64,000 nt of DNA from the NCBI GenBank assembly GCA_017654855.1, contig CM030334.1:62001-126000 (forward strand), written 5' to 3'. The DNA comes from Podospora anserina. Its lineage: Eukaryota. This document shows positions 1 through 11,498 of the stretch, one piece after another. The translations under genes and the position numbers were made by a program. The first letter of the stretch is position 1, and each line of letters starts with the position of its first letter. The notes under the pieces are model-generated. The model was not told the origin of the DNA. It saw only the letters and a list, made by a program, of their open reading frames with translations, and did not search any database.

Positions 1-7
1 CTATCTA

Positions 8-1379
8 TTAAGAAACACGATTATTATGCACCTCTCTAAGGCGCTTAACCCAGTGCTTCCGCAATGGCTCTGGCATCTTGCAGAAAAACATCGCTTTGTT
101 CTCGTCCGTCAGCAGCTTTTCGGCGATTTTGATCTGCAAGTCGGGGTCCTCCTCGCGGAAATCCCCAAACAAGATCTCCATAGCCTGTTCCTGCCAAGTA
201 GGGCGAGCCTTGGCCCCACGGAGAGCCTCGGCTAGAACTGTGATGTCACTGGCGACGGGAGGGGCGGTTGGGAGCGACGGGTGGGTGCCGACTGTGTGAG
301 ATGATGCGACAGCAATGCCAGTGCTGTTGCTAGTGCTGCTCCCGCTGCTTTGAGTCGCGTGATTGCTGAGAGCAGGATGCAGGGCGTGGTTAACATTGTT
401 TGCGGTCGCTACATGAGTCTGCTGTTGCTGAAGATCGATGTAGTTCGGAGGAGCAGTGCGCCGACGCTTGTCAGATTGGATGGATTGATTCGTAGTCGCG
501 GCGTTGTCGCCGGCGTGCATGCGCTTCCTTGGTTGCTGTGGGTTCTCTTCTGGCGGTGTCAGTGCAGAGGTTGTGGATGGAAGGGAGGCGCGAGGCTGAG
601 GCGGCGGGGCCATTGCCGCTGGGGGCCGTGAAAGCTGTTGTGAAGGCGCCGGGAGAGGGGTCGGCATAGAAGGCGCGACAATACTAGGCTGCTGCGGAAG
701 AGGCGGCGCAATATGCGTCTGTACAGGATTGAGATAGCTCGTGTCGGTGAGCATGTCCATGATAGATGTGCCGGGTGCGTCCGATTCATCGGTGCTATTG
801 AGGCTGTCCGGTCCTTTCCTGCGAGGTTTGGTAAGACGCTTAGGGGCGCCGCCAGATCCAGGCACGTCAGGGAAGAGGATCTCGTAATATTCTTCGTGTT
901 CGAAAGGTCGACCTTTGAGCGAGCGAGCTAATGGTTCTTTCTGTACAACACATTGAAGTCAGCAAGGCGGTTATAATCAAGATGTCGCAATGGCGGCGAC
1001 GTACCTGGAGATGCCTAGCCCAAGCCTCTTCAGTGCCAGTCACTGTCCTGTTTTGTGGATTGTAGTAGAAAGAGTTATCCTCCCTCAAGCCAATCCACAG
1101 GCGGTACTTCTTGCGGGCATTGTCACTCTTGTTGATGAGATGACTCTTGTTGGCATAGGCATTGTGTTTGTCGATAAGGGCTTGGATAGCACGGTCCCAA
1201 GCCTGGGGCTTGAAGGTGCTGCCTTCGCGCAGACCCAGGTTGACTGACTCGCATAGCGAGCGGAAGAAGGTAGCTTCGTACTGCGAGTTCCAGGTGAAGC
1301 GCGGGCCACGATGTTTGCCCGGGGTGCTGTCGGAGGGTTTGGCGCCTGGAGGAGCAAGTCCGTAGTCCTGGTCAGACAT
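8..1379 (-). CDS. Myb/SANT-like DNA-binding domain protein (Myb_DNA-bind_3 type), 2 exons
   Basis: ATG at 1379 (MSDQDYG...). Motif FTWNSQYEATFFRSLCESVNLGLREGSTFKPQAW...KKYRLW. Intron 941-1004 (GTACGT...TACAG) joins ORF 867..1391 to ORF 8..865 in frame (RHLQ|KEPLARSL). Confidence 0.8.
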
Positions 1380-2459
1380 GGCGTCCAGCACCCACGTAGG
1401 TGGGACCCCGACGAGGACCGGAGCAGCCGTTTGGGTTAATGGTTTGCAGCTTGGCTATGGACGATACGGCGGGCTATCGGTGGCGGCAGCGACGGGGTCG
1501 GCTAGAGTGGCGATAATGCTTATAAATGTAAACTGGTAGCAGTTGGGCCGAAGGTGCTGCGCAGCTGAAACGGAGAAGGGATCCGACCACAGTTTATCAG
1601 TGCCGTGGAGTTGGACTGTACCGGACACTTAGATCAATTAGAGGGCCGAGGCAAATGTTATGCTAGCTATAGGTTAAAGGTAAAGCGAGATGGAAGTAGC
1701 CGATGCATAATACTGTTTATAGTAGTAAAAGAAAGACCGTTTTGTAGTATCAACTGCGGCTAGCTAGTTGATGGGTATGATGTTGGGAGTTTGAGGTGCA
1801 AAGACGGTGGAGCGGGAGTGGAGGCTGGAGCGAAATGATGAAACCGGGATTTGCTTTTGAGACCGTAAAACAAAACGGAAATAGCTAGTCACGTGTATGC
1901 GTGTCGGTTGAATTTCTTCTTAAGTAAAGTGCGGGGTAACGACGATGAGTTAATACTAAAAGAACTCTACACTATAGCGGGGGTAAATTTGTACCAAGTT
2001 AAAGCAAAAATGAATGATAATAATAGATTTATGAAAATTGTTAATTTATAAGTTATAATAAAAGTAAAGTATAACCTAATTATAAAATATTACTATTAGC
2101 TTTAGAAATTATAGTAAAATTAATATTAATTTTAATATATATATTGTATATATTTAAAGATATTTCAGGAGATATTAATTGTTAAACTTTTAAATATTTA
2201 AGAAAATCTCTAGAAGTATAGAGCTTTTTTATAAAGCGAAGCTTGTTAAAGTTATTAATATCTTTATATATTAACTTTTTAAATATTTTTTGTAATTCTT
2301 AACAATAAACTGGTAATACTCTTACCTACTATTTTATATTACTTTAATATTTTTCTTTTTTCTCGCTAATTTTATTAAACTCGGCTTTTTTTTACTGGTA
2401 TATTATTTAACTTATAGTTTTTATTTAATTTGTTTTTTAAATTTATTTTCTCTTATACG

Positions 2460-5400
2460 TCTTAGTTTAACGGAGGACTTACTTTATGTAAATATTAATT
2501 ACAATATTACTCTAATTTCGCTATAGTATTTTTAAACTTATCTGAGTTATATTAAATGGGGTCCAGATCCTAGCCCCTTTATTATATTTCATACTATAAT
2601 TTATTATACCCTTTTTATAAAGTTAGTACATTATTACTTTCCTATTCCTCTTTACTTTTAATTTCTTTACTATTAAGATTTTAATTTTTTAACTTAATAA
2701 CGGGTTAATAAGATATTTACACAGGCGGTCCGTAAAAAATACGTTAGAGTTACGCTAATTATTAGGTAATTTTAATTTATAAAAATACTTTATTACATTT
2801 TTAATTTCGTAATATTATTACGTTAACAGATAATCTACTTTATTATTAGGTTTATCGGTAAATAATACTTTTTTTAATAATATATATACGGTTCTACGGT
2901 TTAAAAATAGATCTGCGACGGTATTTATTAATTTACTAAGCTTAGCCTTCTATATTTCATTAATATATTCCTTTGACGATCTGGTATAAACTCTTAAATA
3001 TTAAAATATTCTTAAATATTCTCGCAATTTATTTATTTGTAAATAATTATCCTCTTTACTACTTTTCGTTTATTTTATTTTTAATAGATTTAATATAAAA
3101 AAGCCTGTAATAATTTCATAAGGCTTTAGACTAATAATATTATTTGGTATAGAGTTTTAGATTATATTTATAATAGGTAAAATAATGAATTAAATATTTT
3201 AATTATACTTCATAAAGAGCTTTAGTTACTAATCGATATATCAATATATAATTTTTGTTTCTCTAGCGACTTAGAAGTAGTTAATATTTCATAACTTTTA
3301 TATTACTTTATAAATCCTTATTTATAAAATCGGTTACGAATTAAGATGCTTAATTATTTTTAATTTATAAAGGTGTATTAAATATAGGGAAAGTTGTTTA
3401 TAGTCGTAGAAAGTTTTAATTTTGTACTATAGCGTTAATAATATGAAAGACTACTTATAATAATATACTAGACCGATTAATTATTCTTAGAGTATTGTTA
3501 TATCTTTATTATTTTAAAATATACTTTTAAAGTCGACTATTAACTATGACTTATAATTTATCGGGGAAAGGGATTAAATATAGTAAATCGAAAGTTTTAT
3601 GATTTAAGTTTTTTATTAATCTATGTTTATAATTAGTAATAAACATATTCTATTTATTGAATAAGTTTTATTATCAGCCATGCTAGCCGATTATCCTTTC
3701 TATTTTGCTGTAGCCTAGGTATGTAAATAGTAATTAACTATTAACTTTTTTAACTATAAAAGTTTATAGGTTATTAATTTCGGAAAAAACAACACGTTTA
3801 CTATAAAATAATAATTTATTTCTCAATATAAAAAGGATTCATTTATATCGTTATTCGCGTCGTTATTGCTAACTTACTTAGTTTTTACTCGTTAAAATGA
3901 AAGGCTTTTCTTATCTTTATTAGTTTTGAATAACCGGTTAAAAAAAGCTATACCAAAGTTATTTAAGGTAAAAATATCTTTATTTAATAGTATTAAATTG
4001 ATCTATTTACTTATGACGAGTTTGAAAGATTAATATCGGCTAATGTAACTATACCCGCTGTACGGAAAATTCTTGTAACTTATTTAATATTTTTATATTT
4101 GTATTAAGGCCTTACGTTTTGATTTTTTATAATATAGTTACGGTAGCAGCGTTCTCAGTGCCAAGCCAGTAGGTAATAATAAAGTTATATTAAATTATAA
4201 TAATTATTTAACCGGCCTTATTACTATTAAAGAATCATTTAATCTTCGAGTATCTAAAATTAAATAGTTTATTATACTAGTAAATTGTTAATGTGTGGGT
4301 ACTACTAAGTGCCTTACTTACTGCCCTACAGATTAATATTACAGTGGGCAGTACTGCTATAAGCAGTAATGGAACTTCCCGGCTTAGATCCCTTTAGAAT
4401 GTTCTTTACAAGGGACCCTTAAAGGCTTACAGGGCTACTATGGCCTAAGGCTTAGTCAATGGATACTAAAACCTTCCAAAGTAGCTACAGGCTTACGTAG
4501 TAAGTTGCCACAATAGTGTGATTTACAGGGCACCTCTGCTGCCAAAGGTTCTATAGATTTCCGTGAGTCTACACTAAACCCACCTAAGCCCACCAAATAC
4601 CCCAAGTGGTATAGGGGCTTCCAGGGCCTACAGGACCCACAGTAGGCTTACGAAGGCCTATATATAGACCTCTCCTCTCTCCTGTAAAATAGTTTTCTTT
4701 CTTTCCTCAAGGGCAAAAGCTTAAGGCTAAGGCCAAAGGCCAAGGCCAAGGGTAATAAAGGTAATTCTTATTCCTTATACCTCACTGTATTACAGTGCTT
4801 TACCTTCCTTCGGCACTGCCGTCGTATCCTCCAGCTTCCGCTTGCGCACTGCTGTATTTTACAGCAACCCTATATAGGTTCTATATTATAGGCCTATCAG
4901 GGCTTACCAGCTAACATAAATAAATGTTTTTTCTTTGCATCTATTAACTTTAACTTTTATTTTTATAACGTACAGATAACCCCTAAATACTTTTCATTGT
5001 AGATAGATAATGATACTCGGCTTTTTTTTACAATTTCGGAAAAGAAATTATTAAATATTATTATTCATCAATAGAATAAAACTACGAAAATACTCTAGAT
5101 ATTAATTAATATATAAAATCCGTTGTAACTTAAGTAAATAATAAAAAATCAAAGTAATATAGTATTAACGCGCCGAATAATTACTTTTTAAAGTATTGAA
5201 TAACTTGTATATATTATACTTTATATTTGAAGTTAAAATTCTTTTATAAGAATTTTAAAGTATTTTATTATACGGCTATATTCGAATGTACCGTTACATA
5301 CTTCTTGGGATTTATTACTATACCGTCAACCTTTATAATAAAGCGTAAGAAATTTATACTTTTAGTATCAAACTCGTACTTTTTCATACCCGCTTAAAGG

Positions 5401-6000
5401 ATGATATCCCATAACTTCTTTATTATGGTTTTAATATAAATTTCGTATTTAGCTTTAAACTTGAAATAAATAGTAATATTATTAATATATGTTAAATAAT
5501 ACTTATTAAAGTAGTTAATAAACGTTGCGTTAATGTACCTTTAAAACGTTATTAGTTTATTAATTTATTTAAGCGGGCGGATTTATATTTATACGACCCG
5601 TAATACGTATAAAGAATCGTTGAATATTTATTAGAGGGATTTATTTATATATCATTAAATATCAACTTTCTATTAATTTTAATAAAGATTTCAGCTTTAA
5701 ATAATCGATAATTGTTTCGTCGATTTGCAAAAATAAGTATCGGTCTTTTTTAGTAAAAGCGTTAAATTTATCATAAGTTATGTAAAGTCTTAACGCTTTA
5801 TTAACTTTTTGTACCAAAAGTATAGGGGTTGCTTACGGGGTATTACTAAGTTTAACTTAACCGTTTTATAAATATTTCGTGATATGTTTGTAGTAATTTT
5901 TAATTCCTTCAAGATATTTTATATATGAAGTATATTGCTAGCTTCAAAGTTAATCGATTCGGATCGAACTCGATTTATAAGCGCATTATGGCCAGTAAAA
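2460..6000 (-). mobile_element. RIP-decayed Ty3/Gypsy (chromovirus) pol relic: RT, RNase H, integrase, chromodomain; boundaries approximate
   Basis: Minus-strand hand translation gives, in order: SNTP*ATPILLVQK (~5850) and LRLYITYDKFNA (RT start); YLTYINNITIY (~5480, YIDD mutated by G>A); KKYEFDTKSINFLRFII (~5380); LYYFDFLLFT*VTTD (~5150, RNase H); NFIITYWLGTENAA (~4180); HKTFDLLYLIPFPDKL* then IVDFKS (~3600-3520, integrase PLPxPxRPW/VDF); KL*YEI**RG*DLDPI*Y (~2600, chromodomain). Confidence 0.85.
4286..4916 (+). mobile_element. Solo LTR (631 bp) nested in the Gypsy RNase H region
   Basis: Starts TGTTA, ends TAACA, flanked by exact TSD TAAAT (4281-4285 and 4917-4921). Internal TATA (CTATATATAG ~4658) followed by a pyrimidine tract. 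Pol homology resumes on both sides. Confidence 0.85.
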
Positions 6001-6537
6001 TATAATCTCGTTAAACTTTTTTTTATTAACTATGTTATAATATTCTCTATATATTATTAAAACGTATTTTGTTATCATTTTTTTAAACGATTCTTCGTTA
6101 TGTGGTAATAGTTTTTAACTACTTTTTATTTTATATATACGTATCGATTTTAACTTAATTAATAATAAAGGTCTCGGAGCCGGTAATATATATAGTAACA
6201 GTTCAGGAAATTACGTTGGGCATTATAATATTGAGCTTTATAAACGACGGCTTTACCCTTTTATTTTTGGGAAAAGGCTTTTCGATATATATAGCGTATA
6301 GTTTATAATATATCTAGATATTACTAAGCGTCCTTGGGCATTTAAATAGTCTAAGTCCCTAAAGAGGCTTTGATTTAGACCTACTAAAGTAATATAGCGG
6401 TATATAAGTATTAATTAGACTTTTTTTAATTACTGGTTAAGCTCTTTAATAAGCTTTAACTTTCTAATATTTTTTCTTAAATCTCTTAGGGACTTTTAAC
6501 CTTTCTTTTATATTTAACGGTTTAAACTTAATAAAAG

Positions 6538-6707
6538 TGTTACGGTACAAAAGCGAGGCTCATGGAAGAATAGGGTGTAGGGCTCGGGAGGAGTAGCGCC
6601 GCTTCGGCTATATTTAGACACTACTTTATAGGAAGCTTTGCTCCCCTTTTCCTTTTCCTCGCGCAATAACAAGACACTTACCCTAGTCCTTAGACGGCAC
6701 TGTGACA
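6538..6707. mobile_element. Short solo LTR (170 bp)
   Basis: GC-richer patch with TGTTAC...GTGACA termini. Flanks AAAAG/AAAAC match at 4 of 5 positions. Confidence 0.55.
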
Positions 6708-7326
6708 AAAACACTTTCTTAAGAATAATATCGTTTTAATTTTTATATTAACCTATGCGTTATAATATCATAGTTATTAGTTTCCAATAATAATATCTTA
6801 TAGTTAATACGCAAAAGGAAGAAAAAGATAAGACTGTACAGATTAGATAAGGCTTTAATAAGGATTAAATAAGGACGTAGGTCAGGTGCTGTAAGCAAGT
6901 ACATGACAGTCGCTTGTTACCTGACTAGCCTGCCAGGCACCCACCTCGCTCTAGGTATAGGTCCCACACTTCTTTAAATGTAATGCTTGCTTAACAGCCT
7001 CTTTTAATTTCGACCATCTCTTTTACACACTTTTGCGGTATACCCACTGGTTGAGTATTAATAATATATTGATAAATAGTATTTAATTTATAAAGAATAC
7101 TCGGCCAGCGATTCTTATAGATTCCTTTATAGCTAAATTAATACTTTCTTTAACAGCTCTTTTTATAATATTTTTTAATAGGGACGGGTCTAAATTTATC
7201 CCGTTATTATACTTTTAATATTTTTAATAGTCGTATAAAGTTTCCTTTATAAATATATTACTCTTCGCTTCTATATTAAGTAATACTTATATAATAACTT
7301 TAATACTATAATTTTCTATTAAATAA

Positions 7327-7745
7327 TGTGACAAACCCCTATACAGAACCTTTAAAAGGGATACTAGTTGAAGGTAATTTCTAATAATTAGTTCGGTGCG
7401 GCTAAATAGTGTATAATAAGATATTTTAATATAAACATAAGATACCGTAAATACAAGCTGTGATTGCATACTGTGGAACTGTTTATTTACACTAGTTAGT
7501 TCCTCCGTATATATAGACCTTAATCCTTTAAGTACCTCCGTACCTGGCTCACTACGATCACCAAGCGCTCCTGGTGATCTATCCTGGCTCACCTCGCTCA
7601 CCAAGCGCTCCTAGCGAGCCGGCTCACCTCTGCCAAAAAGTGAGCGCCCCACTGTCCTGCAGCCCCGCTGTTATCTGTTACTTGATTGGTTACCACGGCC
7701 TGCTGCAGTCCCCACTCTGCCTTGCTATATAGTTGGTCTGTGACA
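7327..7745 (-). mobile_element. Solo LTR (419 bp), shared-3'-half family
   Basis: TGTCACA...TGTCACA termini on the minus strand. Exact TSD AATAA (7322-7326, 7746-7750). The 3' half aligns by eye with 10401-10799. Confidence 0.9.
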
Positions 7746-9108
7746 AATAACTATAAAAAAAATCTTCTTTTATATAGTTAAAAAAAAGGAAACCCTTTCC
7801 TTTTATAATAGTTACTATTACTTATCGGACTAATAATGTTAATATTTCCTTTAAGAAAAAGACTTCTTTTTCTAAAGCTAATTATCTTCCGAATATAAAT
7901 GTTTGGAGTTTTCGTTAATACGCTCCTTATTATATGTAGTACCCTTAATATAACGATCTATAATAACTTATATATATACCTTTATTTCTTTTATTTCTTT
8001 TTTATTTTTATAAAGATACTCGATACTATAATAACTTTATTTTCGATAAATGAAGCAACGGCCTTTAGTAATTAATTTATAGAATTCGATGGAAGTAACT
8101 TAAGTAGGAAGTTATAATATATTAAACCTTAAAGAAAAGAAAGTATTAAACGTAAACGATTTGCTTAAACTACCACTTTTACCTTTGTTATAACGACCGT
8201 TATCTTTTCTATTCCTATTCACGAAATTAAAAAACGCTTCTTTTTCTGTATTTTCTTTAGCCTTTTACTTTTTGTTCTTATAAATATTATTTAAATTATA
8301 AAACATTTCTATACAGTAACAAATATACTTATGAAAGTCAATGTTAAAGTTTATATAAATATAATTAGCATTTACTTAAAGAATAGTAAAAGGCCTTTTC
8401 TTGAATTTGTATTTCTATTTTATTTTAAGCTTACGAATTTTATTAATTAGGCGGACGAAGATATTCTTAAATATAGTTAAGTTTTTACTAGATTAATAGA
8501 TAAACTTTTAAATTTTCTTTTATATCTTCGAGTTGGTTAAAGTTATTATACTTTTTATACAAATAAATTATTAATACATTGTATATATTTATATAATCGG
8601 GATAATCTTCTTTGATGTATAACACGAGGGTATCCGTAATACTACCGGTAAAGCGGCTTTAAGTACAGATATATTTAACGTAATTATTAGGAAAATAATC
8701 GGCGTTTATTTTTATTTTATGTTTTATTTATCGGAATTATACGTAGAATTTTACTGTATTTTTAGACTTTTTATATATTATAAAGGTAAGAGACTGACTT
8801 TAGTACTCCAGACTCAAACGTTAACGGTTAAGGTGTTGGATAAAGTAAGGGTAATGCTTTTATTATTAATAACTAAGTCAATAATTAAAGCCTAAAGCTA
8901 AAATACGTTTCTACGCGGGTATAAAATTTAGTAATATTAATAGCTTTGGCTTTTACTAAAATTTTAATTAAGTCGGTTTAAACTTTAACTAACTAGAGTT
9001 TTCACCAAAGCTTTTCGTATTAAATTAAATAAAGTTGGTTTTAACTCACTAAAACAATTTTTGCGGCTATCAAAAACTAGCTTTTAATTTTTAAGCGGCA
9101 ATATTAAT

Positions 9109-9635
9109 TGTTAAAATGCAGCATTTATTCATGGATTTTACAGCACTTGTTTATGGAATTCTGCGCCCACATTGCTCCCAACAGCTCCCCCACTCGCGTT
9201 CCCAACGGCTCGCCCACAGCGGCTCGCCCTCAAGCTCTTAACGGCTCGCCCACAGAGGCTCGAGCGCTTTCAAGCTCCCAGGATTCCTCACCGGACCTCC
9301 GAGCAACAAGACCGTGGCATGAGAAGCCTTATAAGTAATACGAGTATCTTATCGGCCACGAGATTAAGCCACGAGAAGCTTTATAGGTAATACGAGCGTC
9401 TTATCAACAAGCTTGTTACCTTATAACCTCACCGAACCAGAGATCCAAGCCACTGGGGTTACTGAGCGATACGGAGCGATAAAGATAATAAGGAAGTTTA
9501 GGTGCTTATAAAGAGCCCTCTTCCAATCGCAATAGTTTTCCTATTTCTTTTTTTCTTTAAAAAAAACAATAAGTTAAGTTAATTAAATAGATTAATTATT
9601 TACAGTACTTTATATAAAACTATAATAGCTTAATA
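9109..9635 (+). mobile_element. Probable LTR with internal tandem sub-repeats; right end uncertain
   Basis: Starts TGTTAAAATG. GC-richer, with repeated AACGGCTCGCCCACAG and GAGAAGCyTTATArGTAATACGAG. TATA-like CTTATAAAG (~9506) then a pyrimidine tract. No TSD found. Confidence 0.5.
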
Positions 9636-10400
9636 TACTTTTCTTTATATTTATAGGAAATTCCTATTATACTTTCTTCCTTTAATAATTATATCGTTAT
9701 ATTTAATAGTATAGTCCGAGACTCGCTAAGACTTTGGGTAATTACTTCCCCTTCCTAAAACCTTTATAGTATAGAGCTCTTAACGACTTTATTCCAATAA
9801 GTTATTTTAATATTAATTTATATAATTTATTTCTAATTTATTATTAAAATTATTTTTAATAATTATTAAAACTTTTAATAATCTATAGCAAAGCGTTAAC
9901 TTAAGTAGATAAAGCTATTTTATCCTAAATAAGTTTTATTATAGTAGTTTAAAACTACGAGTTTACTGATTTAAATTAATAATTTTTAAAGTATAAATCT
10001 TAACTCTATAGAAAAGGGCCTCGGAATCGGTTATTTATATTTTGTTTAAACGTAAAGTAATAGACGAGTCCTTTTATAATAAATTTTATATTATCGGAGT
10101 TAAAGACGCGAAAAAAAAGAACCCGGGCCCTTAATACCAACTCCTTTATTATAAAACTTAGCGGTATCCTTAATCTTTTTTTTAAGGTTATTACGAAGGT
10201 CTATATAGCTAGGGACTATAAAGCGTTCAGTAGGAAATTAATTAACGATATTATTATTAAATAATTAAATAATCCTATCGGTAAAGCTCAGCTTACTTAT
10301 CTAATTAAGGTCCATACTAGTATCGTTATAAATATCGTAAATATTTTCGCTATCGCGTATAGTAATAGTATAAATACTACGCTAAATAAAAGTAACGAAG

Positions 10401-10799
10401 TATTACGGTTCTGGAAGACAGTAGGGCCACGACGGACCAATCAGGGCTGGACCGAGCGATCGAGCGGGGCTTACGGTTTAAGTGGACGGAACGGACTAAT
10501 AAGATGGGGACCGGGAACCGCGGCGGGGCTCACGGTCGACGGTTTAGTATCGGCTAATTAGGAGTGGACCGAGGACCGTCTATAAGTCAACGGTCCACGG
10601 TCCTAAGGTTTATATATACGGAGGAACTGGCTAGTATAGATAGATAGTTCCGCAGTATGTAATTCACAATTGTATTTACGGTATCTTGTGTTTACCTTGA
10701 GACATCTTATTGTGCACTATTTAGCTACACCGAACTAATTGTTAGAAGTTACCTTCAACCCGTATTCCTTTCAGAGGTTCTGTACAGAGGTTCGTTACA
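10401..10799 (+). mobile_element. Solo LTR (399 bp), shared-3'-half family
   Basis: TATTAC (RIPed TG...) to GTTACA. Exact TSD CGAAG (10396-10400, 10800-10804). Contains TATATATACGGAGGAACT and the terminal TTCAGAGGTTCTG...GGTTCGTTACA. Confidence 0.9.
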
Positions 10800-11049
10800 C
10801 GAAGCTTTCGGCTCGGTAATAAAAGAAAGTTATAACCGATCTTATTATCTTTCGGGAAGTTTTATTTAAAGAAAACGGTATCGAATTTAACTTACTTACG
10901 CGCTACTTTAGCGCGTTTAACTACTTTAGTCAGATTTAACGGTATAACAATACTTATTTTAGGGGTTTTATCTTAGCTTAATTACATAAGAGGCAACTCG
11001 TCCAAAATATAGTGTCGCGTATCGCTTAGCTGCACTACGCGCCAACTTA

Positions 11050-11498
11050 TCTTAATCGAGTATTAAATCAAGTAGAATTTAACGTCTTTTTAGATAGTAG
11101 TTTAAGGTGCGGCTACAGGCCTAAGAGTATAAGTAAGGAAGCGGGGCTCTTTAAGGACTCAGGGGTTCAGGGGTCATATATATAAGCGGTCTGCTTCGGA
11201 CATTCTATTTTAGACAAGACATCTACTTTTATTCTTTTCTTCGTATTTTGTGCCTTGCACGCGTGCAGGCAATTCTGGCCCTCTGATCAGGCCAATCCGG
11301 TGCTTATTATGTGGCCTGCGAGCCCATAGTGTCTTTTCTTTGTCTTACGTGAAGTGCGGCCTGCGAGCGAGTCACTGTCACGCAGGTATGTTCATTCTGA
11401 GACCTGTTGAGGGTATATTTGTGGTGTTGTGGTTGTTTTGTGTGTTTTCTCACCATTTCAGTATCCCTTTCAGAGGTTCTGGATAGGGGTTCGTTATA
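11050..11498 (+). mobile_element. Divergent LTR or LTR fragment closing the AT-rich island; 5' end uncertain
   Basis: Terminal ~40 bp (CAGTATCCCTTTCAGAGGTTCTGGATAGGGGTTCGTTATA) matches the 3' ends of the three related LTRs. Own TATA (ATATATATAAG ~11177). No TSD found. Confidence 0.65.

Noticed and set aside
5810..5845. GC-richer patch that looked like a DNA-transposon terminal inverted repeat
   Set aside because: It translates on the minus strand as SNTP*ATPILLVQK, part of the Gypsy RT N-terminus.
6775..6996. Possible additional solo LTR ending TTAACA
   Set aside because: GC-richer than its surroundings, but the other terminus is ambiguous and no TSD was found.
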